Shown: positions 1 to 9,370, numbered from the stretch's first letter. The stretch is 64,000 nucleotides of DNA from Candidatus Bathyarchaeota archaeon (GCA_963815095.1 CAWFFH010000003.1:768001-832000); one strand, 5' to 3'. Program-made: numbers and translations. The notes: a model not told the origin generated them from the sequence alone.

Positions 1-57
1 ATCTACTATTGAACGAACGTTTTCAACCCATGTTGCTTTTGCTTTTACTTTCGGCAT
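1..57 (-). CDS. 5' fragment of a CDS running off the window (MPKVKAKATWVENVRSIVD...), possibly OsmC-like
   Basis: ATG at 57 preceded by a GGTGA SD-like motif; frame open to the window edge; family guess rests on 19 residues only. Confidence 0.4.
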   Translation of the reverse strand, partial: MPKVKAKATWVENVRSIVD

Positions 58-104
58 ACCATTTCACCATTAGTCTTATCTTGGGTTTGGATTTAAATTT
101 AAGG

Positions 105-485
105 CTAATGCTCGTGGTGGTGCGCGTGTTCACATGCGCCTACTAAGGCAGTTAGTTTACCCTCTTTGAAGCTTTTAATTATTTCCTTTACCGTTGTTCC
201 GGTGGCTTTGAGTACATTTATGCCCGCTTCTTGAAGGCTGCTTAAACAACCAGGTCCCATGCCTTTCACAACAAAAATATTCGGTTTTAAGGCTAAGAGA
301 TGCTCGTGTGGATGCCCAGTGCCCCCAACGTGTTCTCCTTTGTTAACTTCCGTTTGTAGCCCTATGTCGTTGTTTTTCTCATCCAAGTCCACAATAGTGT
401 AGTATGGTGCTCTTCCGAAATGTTCGGCTAAATGGGCGTCTAAACCCGATTTGTCTTCTGTTGGAATTACTATTCTTTTAGTCAT
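105..485 (-). CDS. NifB/NifX (IssA/Orange protein-like) cofactor-binding family protein, His-rich
   Basis: HFGRAPYY and GMGPG motifs; His-rich HPHEH and HAHHHEH segments. Confidence 0.85.
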   Translation of the reverse strand: MTKRIVIPTEDKSGLDAHLAEHFGRAPYYTIVDLDEKNNDIGLQTEVNKGEHVGGTGHPHEHLLALKPNIFVVKGMGPGCLSSLQEAGINVLKATGTTVKEIIKSFKEGKLTALVGACEHAHHHEH

Positions 486-520
486 TTTTTTTCCTCTTGT
501 TTAGAGTTTCTCAAGTCATA

Positions 521-566
521 GTTTAGGTACTAAACAGTATTAATAGTTTTTGTTTATAAAACAAAC
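521..566. promoter_or_regulatory. Operator/promoter module 1: two 15-bp GTTTA-N5-(T/C)AAAC boxes flanking TATTAATA
   Basis: gtttaggtactaaac 521-535, TATTAATA 538-545, gtttataaaacaaac 552-566; same layout at 5524 and 5689. Confidence 0.75.
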
Positions 567-602
567 ATATTGCTGGTTCATAAGCAGATTAATCCTCTGA
601 CC

Positions 603-1886
603 TTAAATTTTTTCAGGGTCAATAGCTTTCTGGTTCTCTTGTTGCGTTTCAGTTGGAGCAACCATTCTTTCAAGCGAGTTTTTAGTCATAAGGCGAACTG
701 CTTCTTTAATTTCCATGGATTTTGGAAGAGTATAAACTTGGATTAGATTGTCTCCTAACATGTGGAACGGTCCTTCTCCAATTGCTCCCGCCAATGCAAC
801 ATCGACATTTTCTTTAATCAAAAGATTTGCGGCTTGTATACCCTTTTTATGAGTCAATTTTGAGCCTTCATTAGCCCTAACATAAAAATTAAGTATTTGC
901 CCCTCCTTGATGTCTAACAAAATAAAATAAGGTGCGTTTCCAAAATGAAGGCTAACTAAAGAAGCTAAGCCTTTATCTTGTACAATTGGAACAGCAATCC
1001 TAGTTTTTTCTCTATGTGCAAGCCCCACATGAACAGTAATCAATTCCAAATCTTTGAAATGCTCCCTAATTCTTGTTTCAACAATTTCCGATATCATGTG
1101 CGCTTTTTCCAAAGAAAGTCCATCTTGCATCTCCACATGCATCTCGCCAAAGAAAACAGGACCCGATTTTCGTAAGCGAATTTCATGTGCCCCCTCAACT
1201 CCAGGCACACCTTCAGCTATAATTCTCATTTCTTTAACTCTTTGTGGACTAGGTGAAACATCCAACAAAACTAGCACTGCATCTTTTCCAAACAACAATC
1301 CTCTTGCCAACACGTAAGCGCCAATTATAAAGCCAATTAGAGCCTCACCAAATTGAAAACCAATAAGAGCTAGGAAAACTCCAAGAAAAACCAGCAAAGA
1401 GGTGTAAACGTCTATCTTAGAATGCAAGCCTTCGCTGATTAATGCTAGTGAACCAATTTGATGGCCAACTTTAGTCTTATACCTAGCCAATAGGTAATAG
1501 ACTATTGTTGATACCGCTGATACAACGAGAGCTATATCCAAGAAGGAGACTACATAGACCTCAAAAAACTTCTGAAAAGACTCTACCATAATTAAAATGC
1601 TCGATACGATAATTATTGTTGACACAATTAACAACGCAAATGTCTCTGCCTTATAGTATCCATAAGGAAACCTCTCAGTTGGCTTCTTTCTGGCGATTCT
1701 TAGTCCGGCCCATACTGCAATAGAAGTTAAAACATCCGAAAAAGAATCAATTGTGCCTGCCAAGAGAGCAACACTCCCACTTGTAAACGACACAATTCCT
1801 CTCAGTATACCGAGCGCTAACAGAATAATCGTGGAAAGCTTCGCTGCTTTTTCTCCCTTTTTAAACGAAAGCCTACTTTCACCCAT
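603..1886 (-). CDS. Cation diffusion facilitator (FieF-like) fused to a C-terminal NifB/NifX domain
   Basis: Six TM helices, DSFSD, FPYGYYKAE and HSKID motifs, dimerisation domain, then HFGNAPYF...GAIGEGP NifX-type domain. Confidence 0.85.
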   Translation of the reverse strand: MGESRLSFKKGEKAAKLSTIILLALGILRGIVSFTSGSVALLAGTIDSFSDVLTSIAVWAGLRIARKKPTERFPYGYYKAETFALLIVSTIIIVSSILIMVESFQKFFEVYVVSFLDIALVVSAVSTIVYYLLARYKTKVGHQIGSLALISEGLHSKIDVYTSLLVFLGVFLALIGFQFGEALIGFIIGAYVLARGLLFGKDAVLVLLDVSPSPQRVKEMRIIAEGVPGVEGAHEIRLRKSGPVFFGEMHVEMQDGLSLEKAHMISEIVETRIREHFKDLELITVHVGLAHREKTRIAVPIVQDKGLASLVSLHFGNAPYFILLDIKEGQILNFYVRANEGSKLTHKKGIQAANLLIKENVDVALAGAIGEGPFHMLGDNLIQVYTLPKSMEIKEAVRLMTKNSLERMVAPTETQQENQKAIDPEKI

Positions 1887-1917
1887 TTCTAACTCTCCCG
1901 CATTTAGAACGCAAAAA

Positions 1918-2793
1918 TTAATCGATAGAAAGCCCCAAGAAGAGAGATAATTTTTTCCACATGCGCATTATTTCTTCTGTTACTTTAAGCTCGGGAGCAT
2001 ATTCAACAATAGTCTTTCCGTTAACCATGGCCTTGGTAACCTCTGAACTGAACAGGATTTTGCCTACCACAGCAATCCCTTTTTCCTTACAGAAACTCAA
2101 GATTTTATTCGTGTTCTCAGCGTTTATGTCATACATGTTTACACATACGAAGGGCGTGACGTTGAAATGCGTTAGCAACTGAAAAACTCTGCCAAGGTCA
2201 TGAATACCGGATAGCGTTGGTTCAGTAACTATCAAACAAGCATCTACTCCTGAAATCGACGCTATAACTGGGCAACCGATCCCTGGCGAACCATCGATTA
2301 TTATTAAATCACTGTTTTCTTTTGAAGCTACGATTTTAGCGTTCTGTCTAACCAATGTAACAAGTTTTCCAGAATTAGATTCACCTGGATTAAGGAGGGC
2401 ATGGGACATATAACCGTATTTTGTTTTTGAGATGTAAGCATTCCCCGAGTTTCGCTCAACTAAAGTTATGGCACTTGCTGGACAAGTTATGGTGCAGACA
2501 CCGCATCCTTCACAGGCAATACTGTCGATAATAATGTGCTCTGTTATAGCGCCGAACCTACATTGCCCTTGGCATAAACCACAGTTAGTACACTTTGTTT
2601 CATCTATATATGCAATTTTTGAACCCTTGAACTCTTGAGTTTGAATTACTTTTGGATGCAAAAGCAAATGAAGATCAGGCGCATCCACATCACAATCAGC
2701 TACAACCAGGTTTTTGGCCAAAACAGCGAAGGATGCAGTTATGGTTGTTTTGCCCGTTCCACCTTTACCGCTTAAGATCGTTAACTGTTTCAT
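1918..2793 (-). CDS. MinD/CobQ-type P-loop ATPase with inserted 2x[4Fe-4S] ferredoxin domain
   Basis: SGKGGTGKT, DCDVDAPDL, CxxCxxCxxxC twice, DGSPGIGCP. Confidence 0.9.
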   Translation of the reverse strand: MKQLTILSGKGGTGKTTITASFAVLAKNLVVADCDVDAPDLHLLLHPKVIQTQEFKGSKIAYIDETKCTNCGLCQGQCRFGAITEHIIIDSIACEGCGVCTITCPASAITLVERNSGNAYISKTKYGYMSHALLNPGESNSGKLVTLVRQNAKIVASKENSDLIIIDGSPGIGCPVIASISGVDACLIVTEPTLSGIHDLGRVFQLLTHFNVTPFVCVNMYDINAENTNKILSFCKEKGIAVVGKILFSSEVTKAMVNGKTIVEYAPELKVTEEIMRMWKKLSLFLGLSID

Positions 2794-3626
2794 TTACCAA
2801 CAATCCCCCGTATATCACTAAATACCACTTGAAATTTTGTTCCCCACTCGGGCATTTCAAAAATAAATGGTGTGCCTTTCGAATACAATTCGGCTATTCT
2901 TCTTTGATATGGAATTTCTAACAATACTTGGATATTTTCTTCCCTACAATAATCGTAGACTTCTCTGTTACCTATTCCTGCACGGTTAACTATCACACCG
3001 AAAGGAATTGTCATTTTTCTTAAGACCTGAACAGCAATTTTAAGGTCATGCAAACCAAAAGGTGTAGGTTCAGTCACAAGAATACAGAAATCACTGTCTC
3101 TAACGGTTTCAACGAAGGGACAGGAAGTTCCCGGCGGCGAGTCAATAATGACATTTCTTTTCTTATCAATTTGTTTTTTAACCGCTTTTATGACTGGGAC
3201 GGCCATGGGTTTACCCACCTCTAGTTCTCCATAAACCAGCATCAAATCGTCGGTCGAGCAAAAATTAAGCATTCCGATTCTATGTTTTTCCTCAGTGATT
3301 GCTTTTTTAGGGCATACTATTGCACATCCACCGCAACTATGGCAAATCTCTGGGAAAACAAGAATCTTTTCTTTAAAAGCAAAAATAGCGTTATATCGAC
3401 AAAACTTAGAGCACTGTCCACAGTAATCACACAATTCTTCAGCAATTTTTGGAATCATTGTGTAAACTTGCTCTGTCTTGTTTAATTTTGGATGCAAAAG
3501 CAGGTATGCATTTGGCTCTTCAACATCACAGTCCAGAAGTTGAGTCGATCCGATTGAAAGCGCCAAGTTTATAGCTACAGATGTTTTTCCCGTACCGCCT
3601 TTACCACTAGCAACCGTTATAATCAT
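2790..3626 (-). CDS. MinD/CobQ-type P-loop ATPase with ferredoxin insert (paralog of the adjacent gene)
   Basis: SGKGGTGKT, DCDVEEPN, two CxxCxxCxxxC, DSPPGTSCP; 4-nt overlap with the downstream gene. Confidence 0.9.
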   Translation of the reverse strand: MIITVASGKGGTGKTSVAINLALSIGSTQLLDCDVEEPNAYLLLHPKLNKTEQVYTMIPKIAEELCDYCGQCSKFCRYNAIFAFKEKILVFPEICHSCGGCAIVCPKKAITEEKHRIGMLNFCSTDDLMLVYGELEVGKPMAVPVIKAVKKQIDKKRNVIIDSPPGTSCPFVETVRDSDFCILVTEPTPFGLHDLKIAVQVLRKMTIPFGVIVNRAGIGNREVYDYCREENIQVLLEIPYQRRIAELYSKGTPFIFEMPEWGTKFQVVFSDIRGIVGK

Positions 3627-3667
3627 TAGATATCAACACCCAAGACTTTTTAAAAAAGAAATAAATA

Positions 3668-4087
3668 TCATTGCTTGGTGTTTCCGTTTATCTTTTCATA
3701 TTCAGCGATGACTTTCTGCAGAGTTCTTATAGCTAATACGGCACACTCTTGCTTTGTATCTGGTAGACCACCCATCGCATTAACTATGTCTTCTTCAGTT
3801 ATCCTCTTTACTTCACTGAGAGGTTTGCCTTTAATAAAAATAGTCAACGCCGACATTGCTACTACTGAAATAGTGTGACCATAACAGAGGAATTTAGCGT
3901 TTTCAACGGTTTCATTGTTGAATTTTAGGTAAAGTCTTATTAAGTCACCAGATGGACCAAGAAGTACTGCGTCTGCATCTTGGTTTTCGATTACGCCAAC
4001 GTTTACTTTGTTCTCATATAATTCAATGGCTCTGCTAGAAAAACCTAATTCAATAAGCTGTTTAGTTTCTGTTATGTGGTCAGTCAT
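3668..4087 (-). CDS. NifU/IscU N-terminal-domain-like scaffold with degenerate ligands
   Basis: GPSGDLIRLYL, AKFLCYGH and GGLPxxKxECAxLA align to the IscU pattern. Confidence 0.75.
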   Translation of the reverse strand: MTDHITETKQLIELGFSSRAIELYENKVNVGVIENQDADAVLLGPSGDLIRLYLKFNNETVENAKFLCYGHTISVVAMSALTIFIKGKPLSEVKRITEEDIVNAMGGLPDTKQECAVLAIRTLQKVIAEYEKINGNTKQ

Positions 4088-4203
4088 AGTATCTCTCAGA
4101 AAAATCGAGTTTGGTTAAAATAGTCATATGGGTGACCTTCAGTTAGTTGTAAGTTTATCCTTTTCTTGGTTGGTAAATATAATCATATACCGCGGTTCTG
4201 GCA

Positions 4204-4584
4204 TCATTCAACACCAAAATGGCCTCTTACGGTAGGCAAACCGGTTTTGAGCAATTCACCTTTCTTGAACTTCTCAACTACTTCTATGATTGTCCCGGAA
4301 GCATTTGTCATTATTTCTATACCTGCCGCAGATAATGCTCTGAAAGCGTTGGGTCCAACATTTCCAGTTATGAGCACTTTTACTCCTTTGTTTGCTATTG
4401 TTTGTGCGGCATGGATTCCTGCGCCTTCTTTTGTGCCTGCTGCCAAGTTTAGGATGACTTCAAATTGCATAGTTTCTGTATCTATAATTATTAGGTATGG
4501 ACATCTTCCGAATCGAGGGTCTAATTGGTCTTCTAAATTGTTTCCAGATGAACTTACACATATTTTCAAATATCTAATCTCCAT
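4204..4584 (-). CDS. NifB/NifX family (Orange protein-like) protein
   Basis: DPRFGRCPY, GAGIHAAQ, TGNVGPNAF; likely TTG start at 4569. Confidence 0.85.
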   Translation of the reverse strand: MEIRYLKICVSSSGNNLEDQLDPRFGRCPYLIIIDTETMQFEVILNLAAGTKEGAGIHAAQTIANKGVKVLITGNVGPNAFRALSAAGIEIMTNASGTIIEVVEKFKKGELLKTGLPTVRGHFGVE

Positions 4585-4588
4585 TTTT

Positions 4589-5506
4589 TTAATCTAACTT
4601 ACCTTTTGCGAGAAACTGCTCTGTTTTCTTGACTATTTTATTGAAAGCTTTAGCTGTAGGTTCGTCGGGATTCGCTGCTATGAAAGGCGTTCCACTGTCA
4701 GAGGTATCACATACTTTGGGGTCTATGGGTATATTTCCTAAGTAGGGTACAGACAAGTCTCTCGCTATTCTTTTACCCCCTCCAGACTTGAAAATATCGA
4801 TTTTTTTTCCGCAATCAGGGCAAACAAACCCGCTTAGGTTCTCGATGATTCCAATTATTGGGACACCTATTTGCTTGGCGAAAGTTACTGATTTTTTTAC
4901 GACTGCTTCTGAAACTTCAGAAGGCATAGTAACTATGACCACGCCATCCATGTTGGGTATTAACTGCAAAATTGTTAGTGGTTCATCTCCAGTTCCAGGC
5001 GGCAAATCGACTAAGAGAAAATCAAGTTCACCCCAACTTATGTCAGAGAGGAACTGTTGGATAATCCTCATCTTTAATGGACCGCGCCAAATGACTGGTG
5101 TTTCATCGTTTTTGAGCAAAAAGTCCATTGAGGCTACACTTATTCCTAGCTTTCCTGTAGCTGGCATGAGTGTTCCGTCCGGGTTTCCTTTGAAAGTTTG
5201 ACCTTTTAGACCAAGCATCTTTGGTATACAAGGTCCATGAATGTCTGCGTCTATAATCCCCACTTTTCTGCCTTGCATTGCGAAGGCCATGGCTAGATTG
5301 GCTGTTATGGTGCTTTTTCCTACTCCGCCTTTTCCGCTTATAACTGCGATTTTATACTTGATTTTTTTGAGTTGCTGTTTTATTTTTTGTTCTGTTTCGT
5401 TTTGTTCTTTTTTGGGGTCGTTGCATTGATTTGAGGTAGTGCATGAATCGCATTCTTCGTTACATTCGTCTTTGACTTTTTGTTTGAGAGTAATTGTCAT
5501 TTCCAA
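4589..5506 (-). CDS. mrp: Mrp/NBP35 Fe-S cluster carrier ATPase
   Basis: N-terminal Cys cluster, SGKGGVGKS, DADIHGP, WRGP, DLPPGTGD, CPDC. Confidence 0.92.
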   Translation of the reverse strand: MEMTITLKQKVKDECNEECDSCTTSNQCNDPKKEQNETEQKIKQQLKKIKYKIAVISGKGGVGKSTITANLAMAFAMQGRKVGIIDADIHGPCIPKMLGLKGQTFKGNPDGTLMPATGKLGISVASMDFLLKNDETPVIWRGPLKMRIIQQFLSDISWGELDFLLVDLPPGTGDEPLTILQLIPNMDGVVIVTMPSEVSEAVVKKSVTFAKQIGVPIIGIIENLSGFVCPDCGKKIDIFKSGGGKRIARDLSVPYLGNIPIDPKVCDTSDSGTPFIAANPDEPTAKAFNKIVKKTEQFLAKGKLD

Positions 5507-5523
5507 CCACTTATGCTGTAAGA

Positions 5524-5569
5524 GTTTAATAAATAAATGATATTAATATGTTTTGTTTAATAAATAAAC
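5524..5569. promoter_or_regulatory. Operator/promoter module 2 (upstream of the mrp operon)
   Basis: gtttaataaataaat 5524-5538, TATTAATA 5541-5548, gtttaataaataaac 5555-5569. Confidence 0.75.
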
Positions 5570-5688
5570 CAACTGTCTGAATGAAGCAGCCCCAGCAGTA
5601 CTGCTAAGGGCCTGGTTCTGATGAAAAACATTGATCTCTTCCTATTTCCAAAGTATTCAACGGGTTCGCCTTCAACGTTCTGGAAAGA

Positions 5689-5734
5689 GTTTAATAGATA
5701 AACCTTATTAATAGTTTATGTTTATAAAATAAAC
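5689..5734. promoter_or_regulatory. Operator/promoter module 3 (upstream of the Lrp gene; autoregulation candidate)
   Basis: gtttaatagataaac 5689-5703, TATTAATA 5706-5713, gtttataaaataaac 5720-5734, immediately before GTG 5736. Confidence 0.75.
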
Positions 5735-5735
5735 A

Positions 5736-6314
5736 GTGAAGACTTTGGATGAAATAGACAAAAAAATAATCGCGCAACTCCAAGTAGACGGTCGGACAAC
5801 ATTACAAGACTTGGCCAAAAAAACAGGTTTCTCAAGTATGGGAACTAAGAAAAGGCTTGAAAGGCTCATAAAAAATCAAACGATAAAAGTATCAGCCCTG
5901 ATTAATCCGAATGTCCTCAAACTTCATCCAGCAATTGTGATGCTGGAAATGGAAAGTGCAGAGGCAATGCAGAACGTTCTAGACCGCTTCGAAGAATGTC
6001 CTCGTATTATCCAAATATTCAAAACGATGGGAGGTTACAACTTGATCGCACTTGTTGTCGCAGAAACAAAAGAAACCCTTGAGAACATATCAATGGAGAA
6101 ATGCTCGCTTAGATGCAGTAAAGGAATCCGGCGCTCAGAATTTTACCCAATAAGCGAAACATATTTTTCGCCGTTTTTACAGATAAGGGAAAGCCTCGCC
6201 CATAAAGAAAACAAGGTTTCACCATGCAAAGTCGACTGCACCCCCTGCAACCGATTTGAAAATCAAAAATGTGTTGGCTGCCCAACAACAAGTCAGTACA
6301 AAGGGACGCTCTAA
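5736..6314 (+). CDS. Lrp/AsnC family regulator with a C-terminal Cys cluster
   Basis: LDEIDKKIIAQLQVDGR HTH, RAM-like domain, tail CKVDCTPC-x7-CVGC. Confidence 0.88.
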   Translation: MKTLDEIDKKIIAQLQVDGRTTLQDLAKKTGFSSMGTKKRLERLIKNQTIKVSALINPNVLKLHPAIVMLEMESAEAMQNVLDRFEECPRIIQIFKTMGGYNLIALVVAETKETLENISMEKCSLRCSKGIRRSEFYPISETYFSPFLQIRESLAHKENKVSPCKVDCTPCNRFENQKCVGCPTTSQYKGTL

Positions 6315-6328
6315 AGAAGGGTGCCTGA

Positions 6329-7297
6329 ATGGTAGCATCAGAAGGCTTAACTTTGCAACTAAAAGAGGTCGACAGATTAGAAATAATCAGCCTCGTGGAT
6401 AACTCCGTAGATTTCCTCTCAACGGTAGGTCGCAAAGAAGTTCAATCGTTATGGCAATGGACCAAACCGAGGAATGAACATTCTAAGATGCCCCTTGCCG
6501 AGCATGGTTTCTCGATGTTGGTCAGAGTCTTTAAAGGTGAAAAATCAGAAAGTCTCCTCTTTGACACAGGAGGCAGCGCCAAAGTAATAATCGATAATTC
6601 AAGAATAATGGGGTTAGATCTTAGTGAAGTTGATTTTGTTGTTTTATCTCATGGACACTACGATCACTTTTGCGGGTTGCTGTCAGTTGTCGAAGCGGTA
6701 GGAAAAACGGGTTTGCCCCTGATCGTTCATGAAGATATGTTTAAGGCTCGTGGAACTGCTTCTCGAGATGGCACAATTCGGAAGTACCCAGACTTCCCCG
6801 CTCAAACACAATTAAAATCTACTAAACTCATCTTTACAAAGCAGCCTTTACTAGTTGCCAGCGGGCAGGTCTGTGTAACAGGCGAGATACCGCGAGATAC
6901 AGGTTTTGAGAATGGTCTAATGCGGCATCAGAGCCTCGTTAATGGCTCTTGGCAACCTGACCCCTTAATTGTTGACGACCGCGCTTTGGTTATGAATGTT
7001 AAGCGCAAAGGTTTAGTCATCTTGTCGGGATGTGCTCATGCGGGCATAATAAACACCATCAACTACGCCAAAAAGATCACTGGCATCGACACTGTTTATG
7101 CAGTCATGGGAGGTTTTCATTTGGCAGGACTAGGCTTTGAGGCAAAGATCGCGCCAACCCTTAAAGACCTAGCACGGGTAAATTCAAAGTTGATTGTGCC
7201 ATCACATTGTACCGGCTGGCGAGCCATGGTTGCAATCCGTCAGGAGTTCCCTGACGCTTTCGTATGGAATAGTGTTGGAAACCTGTATCAACTTTAA
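6329..7297 (+). CDS. MBL-fold metallohydrolase (COG1237, MJ0301-like; possible pterin/methanopterin pathway role)
   Basis: AEHGFS, LFDTG, SHGHYDH, GCAHAG, GGFHL, PSHCTG. Confidence 0.85.
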   Translation: MVASEGLTLQLKEVDRLEIISLVDNSVDFLSTVGRKEVQSLWQWTKPRNEHSKMPLAEHGFSMLVRVFKGEKSESLLFDTGGSAKVIIDNSRIMGLDLSEVDFVVLSHGHYDHFCGLLSVVEAVGKTGLPLIVHEDMFKARGTASRDGTIRKYPDFPAQTQLKSTKLIFTKQPLLVASGQVCVTGEIPRDTGFENGLMRHQSLVNGSWQPDPLIVDDRALVMNVKRKGLVILSGCAHAGIINTINYAKKITGIDTVYAVMGGFHLAGLGFEAKIAPTLKDLARVNSKLIVPSHCTGWRAMVAIRQEFPDAFVWNSVGNLYQL

Positions 7298-7377
7298 TAA
7301 ATGAAAAAATTGTGGGTAAAATGTGAAATGTTAGATATATTATGCTCTTTGGATAACGCGTTATTAACTTCGGAGCG

Positions 7378-8451
7378 TTGGATGGCTTGAAAGGTAAAGG
7401 TCCAGTGTTCATTGTTCCCTGGCGGTGTACCTATGCCTGCGACAATAACTGTGTCCACTGTGTCTCAGCCGGGCAAAAAGCTGTTTCAGATGAAATAAAT
7501 TCACAAGATGCCAAAAAAATCGTCGACCAGGTCAGTGATTTTGGAGCCAGTTTCTTTGGTATTACCGGAGGGCAACCATTCTTGCGTAAGGATCTCTTTG
7601 AAGTGCTCGATTACGCTAATAAACTGGGCTTAAACACAAGTATCATAACTGACGGGCGCCTCGTCGACGAGGCGGTCTTCCAAAAAATCGTTAAAAACCA
7701 GACTAAAATCTCCGTAAGCATAGACGGTGCAGAAAAAACTAACGATGTTATCCGCGGCAAAGGCGCCTAGGCGGCTGCAATTTCGGCAATAAAGAGATTT
7801 TCGCATGAAAACCTGATGAACGTTCTCGTCTACACCTTTGCTAACGCTGATAAATTTACCAATGTTAACGAAGCTGACATGCGACATGTTTTGGATTTAG
7901 CCAAAAAGTATGGTGCTCGCTGGGTGGTTTTCCACGGAATGATTCCATACTACAACGACACTGAAAGCCTTAAAGCTGACCCGACCTCCGCCCAGTACGA
8001 GTGGGTATGCAACAAACTCTACGATTTAACAATGGAATACGATGGAAAACCAGGCATAAACGTTTATATTCCCTTTTACGCCCGAGTTGCCAAACAGCGG
8101 GGCATGCCGAATTTCGAAAAATGGTTTAACGGGTTTTTTTTGGGCAGATGTTTCTTCGGCAAATTTATGAGCATCGCTGAAAACGGAGACGCTATCCCCT
8201 GTAGCTACAACGACGCTTACAGAATTGGTAACATCAAAACTAAACCCATCAAAGAAATTTGGGAGGACATGCAGAGCAGTGAGTTCTTCAACAAAGTCAA
8301 GAACAAAGCCAACATTAAAGGCAAGTGTGGGGTCTGTGAGTACAAAGAACTCTGCGGCGGATGCCGCTCGGCGGCGCTGTTCTATACAGGAGACATTTTA
8401 GGGTCCGACCTAAGATGCGGATACATCCCTGAAGCATTACGCAAGAAATAA
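7378..8451 (+). pseudogene. Radical SAM/SPASM protein (NirJ/Ahb-like) interrupted by one in-frame TAG at 7768-7770
   Basis: ORFs 7378-7770 and 7816-8451 share a frame, and the 15 codons between them are open; CDNNCVHC motif plus SPASM Cys (C...PC...CGVC...CGGCR). Confidence 0.8.
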
Positions 8452-8577
8452 GGGCTTTTTTTCTGCCTTCTCTTGTTTAGTTATTATTTCGTTGTTCAGT
8501 GAAGTGCACAGTGCGTATTACATTTTTTCCTAAAAGGAAAACATAAATTAGTTCGAGAAAGAAATTATTTTTAGTTT

Positions 8578-9366
8578 GTGATTTGTATGAAGGTTGCTGT
8601 TTCTGGAAAGGGCGGCGTTGGCAAAACCTTAATTGCTGGAGGTTTAGCTCGCGGTTTTGTTGAGCGTGGCTTAAAAACTATAGCGATTGACGCAGATTCC
8701 TCACCAAACCTTGGTTTAACATTAGGTTTGTCTGCTGAGGAAACCCGCAAAATAGTTCCCATTACCGAAAATAAGCCGCTGGTCGAGTCCAAAACCAGCA
8801 CCGGCTACAATAGTATCTATAATTTAAATTTCACGGTAGACGACATCGTTAGAGACTACTCCATATCCACTCCATTGGGTGCAAACTTGATTGTTATGGG
8901 TACAGTGCAGGCGATGGAAGCCGGTTGCATGTGCGCACCAAACGCCGTAATCCGCGCATTGTTAAGGCACCTGGTTGTTGATCGAAATGAAGCAGTAGTT
9001 TTAGACCTTGAAGCAGGAGTAGAGCACATCGGCAGGGGCACAGCACGACAAGTCGACGCGTTACTAATTGTAGCCGACTCAAATCTAAAATCGCTGGAAA
9101 TTGCCAAACATATTCACGACTTAGCCTCAAAAGCAGGAATGAAACAACTCTACCTCATCGGAAATCGAGTAATGAACAACACACAAAAAGAAGCCATTCA
9201 AAGCTTCGCTGACAAAAACGGGCTTACTTTACTTGCTTTTGTGCCTTTCGACCAGAAGGTTATCGAAGCAGATATGCTTGGTATAACACCGTTAAAGAAC
9301 AAGGAAATCGAGGCAGTTAAGACCATAGACAATATATGCGAGCTTTTAATTAAGAAAACTACATAG
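8578..9366 (+). CDS. cooC: CooC/AcsF-type Ni-insertion ATPase
   Basis: GKGGVGKT, GCMC, DLEAGVEHIGRG; upstream of the cdh operon. Confidence 0.88.
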   Translation: MICMKVAVSGKGGVGKTLIAGGLARGFVERGLKTIAIDADSSPNLGLTLGLSAEETRKIVPITENKPLVESKTSTGYNSIYNLNFTVDDIVRDYSISTPLGANLIVMGTVQAMEAGCMCAPNAVIRALLRHLVVDRNEAVVLDLEAGVEHIGRGTARQVDALLIVADSNLKSLEIAKHIHDLASKAGMKQLYLIGNRVMNNTQKEAIQSFADKNGLTLLAFVPFDQKVIEADMLGITPLKNKEIEAVKTIDNICELLIKKTT

Positions 9367-9370
9367 TACT

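Noticed and set aside
105-5506. Nitrogen fixation cluster suggested by NifB/NifX/NifU-like domains
   Set aside because: No nifH/D/K/E/N; these domain families are widespread in non-diazotrophic anaerobes.
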